NCBI GenBank assembly: GCA_963803805.1
Contig: CAWDOD010000008.1
Coordinates: 1 to 64,000 of the forward strand
Length of the DNA stretch: 64,000 nt
Source of the DNA: an uncultured cyanobacterium
GTDB lineage: Bacteria; Cyanobacteriota; Cyanobacteriia; Cyanobacteriales; CAWCAG01
Direction: 5' to 3'
In this document: piece after piece, positions 34,127 to 44,000 of the stretch
Layout: each line of letters starts with the position of its first letter
Position numbering within the stretch: the first letter of the stretch is position 1
The notes under the pieces: generated by a model
Seen by the model: the letters and a program-made list of their open reading frames with translations, nothing else
What the model was told of the DNA's origin: nothing
Database searches by the model: none
Translations under genes and position numbers: made by a program

Positions 34127-34702
34127 ATGGAATATGATATTCATTCCATAATCGAAGGCTACAGCCAAGGATATTTTCTGATGGCAGGGGAAACTGGTCA
34201 ACTAGGCTGGTATGCGAGTCGTAAAAGGGCGTTAATTCCCCTTGACAACAAATTTCGTTACCCCAAGTCCTTACAAAGAGTTTTGAACCAAAATCGCTTT
34301 TCTGTAGCTATTAATCGCGATTTTCAAGCAGTGTGTGAAGGTTGTGCAGACAGGGAGACGACTTGGATTTCCCCTGAACTTATGGAAATTTACTGGACTT
34401 TATATCAAGAAGGTTGGGCCCATAGCTTTGAAACTTGGCAAGGCGATCGCTTAGCAGGGGGGATTTTGGGTCTTACTATCCAAGGAGTATTTATTGGTGA
34501 ATCAATGTTTTATAATATTCCTGATGGCTCAAAGGTAGCTATGGTTAGGTTAGTAGAACATTTGCGGAAAAGAAATTTTGTGCTTTTTGATGCCCAAATG
34601 CAAAATCCTCACTTAGCCCGTTTTGGTTCTTACATTGTCACTGAAGAAGAGTATCAAGTTTTTCTGAAACAAGCTCTATTAAAGCATTGTTTTTTTCTTT
34701 AA
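34127..34702 (+). CDS. aat: Leucyl/phenylalanyl-tRNA--protein transferase
   Basis: GYFLMA, RETTWI, AHSFETW, FIGESMF, SKVA, NPHLARFG. Confidence 0.93.
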   Translation: MEYDIHSIIEGYSQGYFLMAGETGQLGWYASRKRALIPLDNKFRYPKSLQRVLNQNRFSVAINRDFQAVCEGCADRETTWISPELMEIYWTLYQEGWAHSFETWQGDRLAGGILGLTIQGVFIGESMFYNIPDGSKVAMVRLVEHLRKRNFVLFDAQMQNPHLARFGSYIVTEEEYQVFLKQALLKHCFFL

Positions 34703-35119
34703 AGTACGAACAGGGCATTGATGAAGAGAAAAGCCAGAGATATGAGCAAAGTTATTCTACTCCGTTACCACCATTGAAATATTGTTTACACTCAAGTTAA
34801 ATAATTCTGATCATACGTCCAGCATCGTTTTTTGTCTGTTTGCTGTCGCAACGCCGGATTTTAGGAACCAATTGCTGGTAAACTATGATAGTAACAAGCC
34901 ATTGCCAATGAATCATCATTGGTTAGCGCGATCATTTCATTTGTGGTCGCCGGAGTGAAACCTTATCTTTTAGCGCACGACGCATCTGGATGTAGATGCT
35001 AATGGAGTGGCGGTTTGACTCGCTGCTCACCTGGATGCGTGGAGCCAGCTACCCAGGATTAGAGGCCACCTTTGCCTGCCGTCCTGACCCCTAAGACCTG
35101 ATTAAGGAGGAATTACAAA

Positions 35120-36238
35120 GTGGATTTTTTGTCCGATTTCTTGACGCGCTTCCTGGCGCAGTTGCAGTCCCCGACACTCGGCTTTCTGATTGGTGGTATG
35201 GTCATTGCCGCCGTCAATAGCCGACTGCAAATTCCAGATGCGATCTATAAGTTCATCGTCTTTATGCTGCTCATGAATGTCGGACTGGAGGGCGGCATTT
35301 CGATCCGCGAGGCCAATCTAGCGGAGATGCTATTGCCCGCGCTGTTCGCCGTAGCAATAGGGATACTTATCGTGTTCATCGGGCGCTATACCTTGGCTAA
35401 GCTACCGAAAGTCAAAACCCTTGATGCCATTGCGACCGCGGGATTATTCGGTGCCGTGAGTGGCTCTACCCTCGCTGCCGCCCTGACGCTACTAGGAGAG
35501 CAAGGCATGAGATACGAGGCCTGGGCCGGCGCACTCTATCCCTTCATGGACATCCCAGCCCTCGTCACTGCAATCGTCTTGGCCAGCATTTATACCAAAA
35601 AGCAGCGCGGTACAGCAGACGAGTATCGCAGCGAGCAAGAGTATCTCAGCAAGCAGAGCGGTACAGCAGACGAGTATCGTAGCGAGCAGGGTATTACTGC
35701 ACGCGGGTATCCCAATCGCGGTACTGTAGACGAGCGGGTCAAGGTATGGCCCATCATCAAGGAAAGTCTCCAAGGGTCTGCCTTATCGGCACTGCTGCTC
35801 GGCATCGCCCTAGGCCTGCTAACTCGGCCGGAAAGTGTTTTTGAAAGCTTCTACGAACCCCTCTTCCGTGGTCTGCTTTCGATACTGATGCTGGTAATGG
35901 GTATGGAGGCAACGGCAAGGCTCAGCGAGCTGCGCAAGGTGGCCCAGTGGTACGCCGTATATGCTCTAGTGGCGCCGCTGCTGCATGGACTCATAGGCTT
36001 TGGCCTCGGCTGGATTGCCCATGTTACCACCGGATTCAGCCCTGGCGGTGTCGTGATCCTGGCCGTCATCGCCGCCTCCAGTTCAGACATCTCAGGTCCG
36101 CCCACTTTACGAGCCGGTATCCCGTCTGCCAATCCCTCTGCCTACATCGGCTCGTCCACAGCCGTTGGTACGCCGGTTGCAATTGCCTTGGGAATACCGC
36201 TCTACATCGGACTCGCCCAGGCGCTGATGGGCGGCTAA
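35120..36238 (+). CDS. sbtA: Sodium-dependent bicarbonate transporter SbtA
   Basis: MDFLS..F..QLQSPTLGFLIGG, GLFGAVSGST, YPFMDIPA, SSSDISGPP; RBS taaggagg before GTG. Confidence 0.92.
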   Translation: MDFLSDFLTRFLAQLQSPTLGFLIGGMVIAAVNSRLQIPDAIYKFIVFMLLMNVGLEGGISIREANLAEMLLPALFAVAIGILIVFIGRYTLAKLPKVKTLDAIATAGLFGAVSGSTLAAALTLLGEQGMRYEAWAGALYPFMDIPALVTAIVLASIYTKKQRGTADEYRSEQEYLSKQSGTADEYRSEQGITARGYPNRGTVDERVKVWPIIKESLQGSALSALLLGIALGLLTRPESVFESFYEPLFRGLLSILMLVMGMEATARLSELRKVAQWYAVYALVAPLLHGLIGFGLGWIAHVTTGFSPGGVVILAVIAASSSDISGPPTLRAGIPSANPSAYIGSSTAVGTPVAIALGIPLYIGLAQALMGG

Positions 36239-36286
36239 TCCTGGAGTCGTCTCCATTCAACGTCTCGCCTGCGCGAAACACGTCCA

Positions 36287-36320
36287 CCAAAAAGCCAGGG
36301 CATGACCCCGGCTTTCTTGG
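36287..36320. terminator. Putative bidirectional terminator between sbtA and sbtB
   Basis: ccaaaaagccaggg-catga-ccccggctttcttgg hairpin with A/T flanks. Confidence 0.65.
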
Positions 36321-36347
36321 TTTGATTTGCTCGGTTGGGTTTTGAGA

Positions 36348-36698
<351 letters not shown>

Positions 36699-37001
36699 CT
36701 ACACAGAAACTCAGGAAAACGGCAGCACCGTGCGCTATCGCGTTCGTATACACGTTGCGTAATAGCGCGCTTGCCATAGTAATTACGCTAGCATCATACC
36801 ATCAATCAGTCAAGAGGAGATGCACTAGGGGTTGAGCCGAGATACGTGTAAATTGTGCCACATCTTCCTCTAAAGCCGTTTTTCCTGTTCTAAGGGATCA
36901 TTAAGAGATAATCGCAATTATATGTAGCCAACAATTTGTTTTGTCATTTGTTATTTTTTGCGCCACTATAATAATCAATTCCTAAACCTGAACTCATCAA
37001 C

Positions 37002-38477
37002 ATGGTACAAACACCTGTACGCACAACAACGAAAGAACTCGCCTCCTTAGCTATAGATTTGATTGTTCAAGCTGGTTGTGAATATGGAGATATACGCCTT
37101 TGCACCTATCGCCACCAGAGGTTAATGGCACGCGATCGCTCTTTAAAAAACTTAGCAGATGATCTTAGTTCCGGTTTTGGGATTCGAGTCCTTTTCCAGG
37201 GGGCTTGGGGTTTTGCGGCTAGTTATAAAAAGAGTCCAGAAGAAGTAACGAGGGTGGTTAATTTAGCTATAGAAACTGCTAAAGCTAGTCGTCTTTCGCA
37301 ACAAGAAGCCGTCAGATTAGTACCTGTCCCTGCCTACCAAGATAGTTATACTACCCCCATTCAAATAGATCCTTTTGCCATATCCATTGGCGAGAAAGCC
37401 CAATTCTTGTTGGAGATTAACGAAAAGTTACTTAGCTATGAAAATCAAGGGATTAAAAAAGCCTATTCTTTCCTTAGTTTTACTTGCGAAGAAAAAACCT
37501 TTGCTTCCACAGAAGGATCTTTAATTCAACAAACTATTTACCGTAGTTATCCCGGCTTTGGTTGCACGGCAATCGCTGATGGAGATGCCCAAAGTCGTAG
37601 TTATGAACGTCCTCCTTTAAATTTAGGTTACGAACATATTGATAAATTAGATTTGCTGGGCAATGTAGATAGAGTTGCTACAGAAGCAATTGAGAAAGTT
37701 GGCGCACCGGAAACGCCTTCTGGGGCGACAACTTTAATTCTCAAACCTAGTAATCTTTATCTAACCATACACGAATCTGTAGGGCATCCTACAGAGTTAG
37801 ATAGAGTTTACGGTTACGAAGCGAACTTTGCCGGGACTAGCTTCGCCACCACCGATAAACTAGGAAAATTAGTCTATGCGGCCCCTTGGATTAATTTTAA
37901 GGCAGATCGTACCCAACCTGGCGGTAGGGGAACTATGGGTTATGACGATGAGGGAGTGAAATCCCAAGAATGGTACGTGGTTAAGGATGGCATTTTGGTA
38001 GACTACCTCACTGATAGAGAAACCGCCTATCGCTTGGGTAGAGATAGCAGTAATGGTAGTTCCTATGCTGATAGTTGGGCTAGTGTCCCCATGGTACGCA
38101 TTCCCAACCTTGGTTTAGAGCCAGGAGAAGAAGGAGGGAGTCATACCGCTACTTTAGCAGAAATGATTGCTGACACTGAAGATGGTATTCTCATTGACGG
38201 TATTGGTAGCTTTTCTATTGATCAACAGCGCCGTAATTTCCAATTTGGTGGTGATGCTTTCTGGAAGGTGGAGGGGGGAAAAGTAGTCGGTATGCTAAAA
38301 AATGTTACCTATCACAGTATGACTACAGATTTTTGGCGTAAGGTAGATGCGGTTGGTTCTGCTTCTCAAAGAAGGCAATGCGGTACTTCTTTCTGTGGTA
38401 AAGGTGAACCCATGCAATTAGCCCAAATGACCCATGCTTGCGTACCAGTTAGGGTTAATAATATTCAGGTTGGGTAG
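37002..38477 (+). CDS. tldD: TldD/PmbA family metalloprotease (TldD-like)
   Basis: HESVGHPTELD metal motif, YDDEGV, CGKGEPMQ. Confidence 0.88.
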   Translation: MVQTPVRTTTKELASLAIDLIVQAGCEYGDIRLCTYRHQRLMARDRSLKNLADDLSSGFGIRVLFQGAWGFAASYKKSPEEVTRVVNLAIETAKASRLSQQEAVRLVPVPAYQDSYTTPIQIDPFAISIGEKAQFLLEINEKLLSYENQGIKKAYSFLSFTCEEKTFASTEGSLIQQTIYRSYPGFGCTAIADGDAQSRSYERPPLNLGYEHIDKLDLLGNVDRVATEAIEKVGAPETPSGATTLILKPSNLYLTIHESVGHPTELDRVYGYEANFAGTSFATTDKLGKLVYAAPWINFKADRTQPGGRGTMGYDDEGVKSQEWYVVKDGILVDYLTDRETAYRLGRDSSNGSSYADSWASVPMVRIPNLGLEPGEEGGSHTATLAEMIADTEDGILIDGIGSFSIDQQRRNFQFGGDAFWKVEGGKVVGMLKNVTYHSMTTDFWRKVDAVGSASQRRQCGTSFCGKGEPMQLAQMTHACVPVRVNNIQVG

Positions 38478-38525
38478 TTGCTAGTTGCTAATTGCTAGTT
38501 GCTATAGTTGCTATTTGTCAAAACT

Positions 38526-38565
38526 CTAACTCCCTCTCCTGCTAGGAGAGGGGTTGGGGGAGAGG
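38526..38565. repeat. Cyanobacterial palindromic intergenic repeat / terminator-like hairpin
   Basis: ctaactccctctcct-gct-aggagaggggttgg between convergent genes. Confidence 0.55.
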
Positions 38566-38579
38566 TTTTTCTCTTAACC

Positions 38580-40106
38580 TTACTCCATTATCCCGTCAGG
38601 ATCTATAGGGATTTCTATCCAAAATTCCGTCCCCTTTCCAGGGACAGATTTGCATTTAATAATACCTCGATGATATTTAACAATAATTTGGTGACTTATA
38701 GATAAACCTAAACCTGTACCTTTTCCTACAGGCTTAGTGGTGAAAAAAGGCTCAAACAAATGCTCTTGTGTTGAGGGATTTATCCCTCCACCATTATCAT
38801 TAATTGTGATAGCAATCCGATCTGGTTTTTGTAATTTGGTACGTAGGTGAATTTGTGGTTTAGTGAAATTGCTATTTGACTTGCACTCTTCTTCTAACGC
38901 ATCTATGGCATTGCTGATTATATTCATAAATACCTGATTTAACTGACTAGGAAAGCAATTAATCAAAGGAAGTTTCCCATAGTCTTTAATTATTTTAATC
39001 TCTGGTCTTTTACCTCCTCCTTTTAAGCGATGTCTTAAAATCAATAGTGTATTGTTAATACCTTCGTGGATATCAACAAGCTTTCTCGTGGCTTCTTCCT
39101 GGCGAGAAAACTTACGTAGATTAAGGACAATTTGCTCGATACGTCCTGTTCCTAAATTCATGGATTTAAGGATTTTAGGTAAGTCTTGAACAAGATAGTC
39201 AAGCTCGATATCTTCTATTTTCTGCTCAATTTCTTTTTCGGGTAGAGGGTGATATTTTTGATAAAGTTCAAGAATGTCTAATAGGTCTTGAGTATAAGAT
39301 TGGGCATAGTTAATGTTGGCACTAATAAATGTTAAAGGATTATTGATTTCATGGGCTACACCAGCAACTAACTGACCCAAGGTAGACATTTTCTCTGCTT
39401 GGATAAGTTGAGTTTGAGTGGTTTGCAAATTTGCTAGAGCTTCTTTGATTTTTTCTGCTTGTTGACGGGCTTTCTTTTCTGCTGAGCGACTTTTCCTAAC
39501 TAGTTCAGCTTGTTCAAGATAAATTGATAATTCTTGAGCTTCTTTTTCCTTTTGATACTGACTAACTGCTGCATCTAAACTTTTGAGGAGAATTTTGCTC
39601 TGGGAAGAAACATCAAGAATATACTTCAAATGAACATTATCTAGCTGCCAATCTTCTCTTTTACTTTCAACAAAAGACTTAATAGCATGGAGATAATCTT
39701 GTACTTGTTTATCTAAATTAATTGGCGGTTCATAATAAATTCTTTTCACTGTAGATGAAGGTTGCCCTGGCAGATTCATACTAGCATCACCATGAATTAG
39801 TCCATAGTGGGCTTTACTCATCAAAGCAACAACCTCCAAAAGACTTTGGCGTAGCTTTCCTTGCTCCTCTATATCTGATGCAGAAACTAATCTTATGGCA
39901 TAAAGGGCTGCTTGTTGAGACAGCATTCTTTGCCTGCCGCTGATGTTGATTACCGCTGCATTAATTTCCTGCCAATTCACTATGTTATCTAGATTAAGTT
40001 GAGCGACCAAAGCTAAGAAAAATAGTAGTTCAAAAGTGAGGTTACTGGCGCAAGCAAAAAGAAAGCTTGTTGACCAAAAGGTAAATGAAGGTAGATTAGT
40101 AAACAC
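38580..40106 (-). CDS. Sensor histidine kinase with NarX/PilJ-type N-terminal domain
   Basis: INISGRQRMLSQ P-box-like motif, H-box GVAHEINNPL, NQVFMNIISNAIDA, DNGGG, FFTTKPVGKGTGLGL; start uncertain. Confidence 0.88.
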   Translation of the reverse strand: MFTNLPSFTFWSTSFLFACASNLTFELLFFLALVAQLNLDNIVNWQEINAAVINISGRQRMLSQQAALYAIRLVSASDIEEQGKLRQSLLEVVALMSKAHYGLIHGDASMNLPGQPSSTVKRIYYEPPINLDKQVQDYLHAIKSFVESKREDWQLDNVHLKYILDVSSQSKILLKSLDAAVSQYQKEKEAQELSIYLEQAELVRKSRSAEKKARQQAEKIKEALANLQTTQTQLIQAEKMSTLGQLVAGVAHEINNPLTFISANINYAQSYTQDLLDILELYQKYHPLPEKEIEQKIEDIELDYLVQDLPKILKSMNLGTGRIEQIVLNLRKFSRQEEATRKLVDIHEGINNTLLILRHRLKGGGKRPEIKIIKDYGKLPLINCFPSQLNQVFMNIISNAIDALEEECKSNSNFTKPQIHLRTKLQKPDRIAITINDNGGGINPSTQEHLFEPFFTTKPVGKGTGLGLSISHQIIVKYHRGIIKCKSVPGKGTEFWIEIPIDPDGIME

Positions 40107-40234
40107 ACCCTGAGAACTTTGGTGAGTAATTGGTTACTGACAATAGATGCTTTTTTCCGTTTGAGTTGAAAAAAAGCGGTGAAAGTACAAATAACTCATC
40201 CAAACTAGGATGAACTATAAATGTTCAGACAGTT

Positions 40235-40248
40235 GTACCTGTCGATAC
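40235..40248. promoter_or_regulatory. Candidate NtcA box
   Basis: Perfect GTA-cctgtcga-TAC (GTA-N8-TAC) in the divergent intergenic region; a variant box lies at 40295-40308. Confidence 0.45.
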
Positions 40249-40362
40249 TAAATTCTCTAGTCCTAATAATTTAGTTAATAAATTGTAAGATGTAGTTATC
40301 ATTGATACCAAATAAGCAAAAAATACTTACAAGTGATAACATTTAAAAAACAGGTAGTCTAA

Positions 40363-40821
40363 ATGCAAAAAAGTATAAAGATTACTTCAGCCAGTCTTGA
40401 TAAGATCCGCAAACATAGTGAAAATGTTTATCCTGAAGAATGCTGTGGCTTACTTGTCGGAATACAACAGAATAGCAAAAAGATTGTCTATGAAGTTTGG
40501 CCTCAAAGAAACAGTTGGGGTGAAGAAGACTTGTTTTTAGGAGAAAATCTCCAATTCGATAAACGTCGTCGCTTCAGCATCGCCCCCCAAGCTTTATTAA
40601 AAGCACAGAAAGAAGCTAGAGAAATTGGCTTGGCTATTATCGGTATTTATCACTCTCACCCCAACTATCCTGCCCAGCCTTCAGAATTTGATCGGGCGAT
40701 CGCTTGGCAAGAATATTCTTATCTTATTGTGTCTGTACCCCAAGGCAAATCAGGAGATTTATTTAGTTGGGTACTTGATGATGAAAGTAAATTTCAATTG
40801 GAAGAAATAGTTGATTGTTAA
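40363..40821 (+). CDS. M67 (JAB/MPN) metallopeptidase
   Basis: YPEECCGLL and JAMM motif YHSHP..PAQPSEFD. Confidence 0.9.
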   Translation: MQKSIKITSASLDKIRKHSENVYPEECCGLLVGIQQNSKKIVYEVWPQRNSWGEEDLFLGENLQFDKRRRFSIAPQALLKAQKEAREIGLAIIGIYHSHPNYPAQPSEFDRAIAWQEYSYLIVSVPQGKSGDLFSWVLDDESKFQLEEIVDC

Positions 40822-41019
40822 TGGCTAATAGCTAGTTGCATCCGCCTTGCCTACGGCAAGATAAACTCCCACGACTTCTCTAGCTTTTTCATGGGGAATA
40901 GTTTAAAAATTACAAACTCTTTTTTTATATCAAAAGTAACAACTATTATTGCAAATTCATGTTGAAGTCCTTCACCGACAGAAAGAAAGAATATACTTGA
41001 AAAGTCGGTTGGGTTTAAA

Positions 41020-44000
41020 ATGAATGTGGGAGAATTACATATGACACCAGGGAAAGTCTGGCTTCGCTACTTATCTAGACTAGTTTTCTCTGCCGGAGGA
41101 ATATCTATCAGTCTAGTTACTTTAGGCCTGGTTTCTCCTGGATTAGCCCAACCTATTGCCCCTGCTGTGGATGGTACAGGAACAGTAGTTAATATTAATG
41201 GCAACCAATTTGATATTCAAGGTGGCTTTCTCTCTGGTGACGGAAACAACTTATTTCATAGTTTTCAGGAATTTGGTTTAGATACTAATCAAATCGCTAA
41301 TTTCCTTAATTCTCCCAACGCTGTCAATATATTGGGCAGAATTATTGGGGGCAATCCTTCGGTTATTAATGGTTTAATTCAAGTAACGGGGGGTAGTGCC
41401 AACCTTTACTTAATGAACCCAGCAGGAATAGTTTTTGGTACTGGTTCCCAGCTTAATATTAATGGTGATTTTTTCGCAACAACGGCTACAGGTATTGGTT
41501 TTGGTAGCGATAGTTGGTTTGAAGCTTTTGGTAGCAACGACTATACAAATTTAGTGGGCAACCCGACTCAGTTTGCTTTCGACTTTGCTCAACCTGGGGT
41601 AATTATTAATGCTGGAGATTTAGCAGTAGAATCAGGGCAAAGTGTGACTTTTTTGGGTGGGAATGTCATTAATACTGGCAGTATTACCGCCCCGGAAGGA
41701 ACGATAAATATTACGGCTATCCCTGGCAGTAGCAAGGTAAGAATCTCTCAACCAGGACAGTTACTTGCTATAGAAGTTGAACCCCCTAGAGATATTCAAG
41801 GGAAAGTACTCCCCATTAAAGTTCTCGATTTACCAACTCTACTTACTGGTGTGGGGGTAGAAACAGGATTAACTATTAATAGCGATGGTAAAGTTAAGCT
41901 CAAAAATACTGATACCAATCTACCCAATGATACCGGAACAAGCATAGTTTCCGGGCTTCTCAATACCGCGTCAGACAACTCTGGGGGACAGATACTCGTA
42001 TTTGGCGATCGCGTAGGAATTATTCAAGGTAACTTGGATGCTTCGGGTGCAAACGGTGGCGGTAATGTGTTGATTGGTGGGGATTACAAAGGAGAAGGGC
42101 AAGTCCCCAATGCCGATGTCACCTATATTAGCTCAGATTCTACCATTAAAGCTGACGCAACAGCTACTGGGGAAGGAGGTAGGGTGATTGCTTGGTCAGA
42201 CCAAACCAGCCGCATTTACGGGGCGATTAGCGCCCGTGGAGGTGTTAATTCTGGTGATGGTGGCTTTGTCGAAACTAGTAGCCGTAACTTTTTAGATGTT
42301 AAAGGTTCCCCTGATGTGTCTGCTGTTGCAGGGGAGGGAGGCACTTGGTTAATTGATCCTTATGATATTGAGATTGTTGCTGATACTAAAGGTCCTACTA
42401 TGGGTTTTGCATCGCCTTTTGAAGCGAGTAGTGTTGATTCTAAGTTAACTGTAGGGGATTTATATAGGGCATTAGAAGGTGGCAATAGTGTGGTAGTCAG
42501 TACAGGAACTGGAGGTACTCAAGAAGGTAACATTACCCTCAACACTGACTTTGATTTTAATGGCATTGGCAACGGGACTTTAAGTTTAGAAGCAGCGGGA
42601 AACATTTTAATTAGTAGTAGTAGGCGTATCTTTGATAGTGATGCTACTAGTAATGACTCTCTCAATTTATTTTTAACGGCTAACTTAGGAAATAATCGAC
42701 GTGACAATATTACAATCCAAGGGTCTGTTGCTACTGGAGGGGGAAACATTGACTTGAGAGCAAACAATACTAATGGCACTGCTGTTCTAATTCGCCCTTC
42801 AGGTTCTATTAATTCTGGAGGGGGGTCAATTAATTTTAATGGCAATAGCATTAATGGTCAAGGCATCGCAATTCAAGGCACGGTAGCTTCAGGAGGAGGC
42901 AACATCACCTTTGAGGGGAGTAGTTCCAATAACGATGCTGTTTTACTCGGCAACCAAATTACCTCAGCCGGGGGCGATATAACTGTTACAGGTAACGGTG
43001 GAAATAATAACGGCATTCAAGTTGATGGTTCTTTGGATGCAGGCAGCGGTTCCATTAGCCTTACTGGGGATAGTAATGGGAGTCAGGGCATTTTAGTTAG
43101 AGATAGTGTGGTTTTGAGTGGCCAAAATATTTCTTTGACAGGAACCAGCAATGCAGCCCCAGGAATAAGTTTAGGGGATGCCTTCACTCCTACCGATATT
43201 ATCAACATCAACTCTTCCGGTGGTCAGATTAGCTTCAACGGTACTAGCAACGCTAAGGCTGGTATTCTAGTTACACAACAGCAAGTCAACATTAACCCAG
43301 GTGGTGGTCAAGTTAACTTTAATGGCACAGGCAATCCTTCTCAAGGAGGGGTCTTAATCGAGAGTGTGCTTAACTTCGCCAATGGTAAAGCTAACTTAAC
43401 TGGAAGTACTCCTGGTATGGGCAGCGAGGTGGTGTTGAGTGGCACTATTAATACAGGCAATGCAGAAGTTGCTTTAACCGGAAACAATATCAACCTCGAT
43501 CCTGGTGCAGGAACTCCGGCAATCACAGGTAATGGTACACTCATTTTACAACCAATTGACGCGACCCTTAACTTAGGGCTTGGTGGTACAGGGGCAGCAA
43601 ATGCAACCTTCCTGAATAGTAGCGAATTAAGCAAAATTGGTAGCAGCTTAGCTGATATCTTCATTGGTAGGGTTGATAGTAGCGGCACTATTTCTTTGTT
43701 AAGCGATGTCGATTTTAATTCCCCTGTAACTTTGCGATCTACTTCTGGTACAGGTTCCATTGATGCTACTGGAGGTATTCTACGGAGCAACGGCAACAGC
43801 ATTACTTTAGATGCGGCTCAAACCATTACCACGGGAGACTTAATCACCTCTATTGCCGGAAGAGATGGCGGTGAAGTGACTTTGAAAGCAGGGGATGCTA
43901 TAACTACAGGTAATATTGATACAAGCAGCGATATTGGTAGAGGGGGCAAAGTTGGTATCAACAGTCCCAATGCAATCACTGTTGGCTCTATCAACACTCA

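Noticed and set aside
40134..40199. Longer N-terminus of the histidine kinase from the in-frame ATG at 40199
   Set aside because: Separated by an in-frame TAA at 40134-40136, and the peptide shows no recognisable features.
40363..40821. JAB protein as part of a CBASS or ubiquitin-like defence system
   Set aside because: No cyclase, E1/E2 or ubiquitin-like gene nearby; it resembles the housekeeping sulfur-carrier-processing type.
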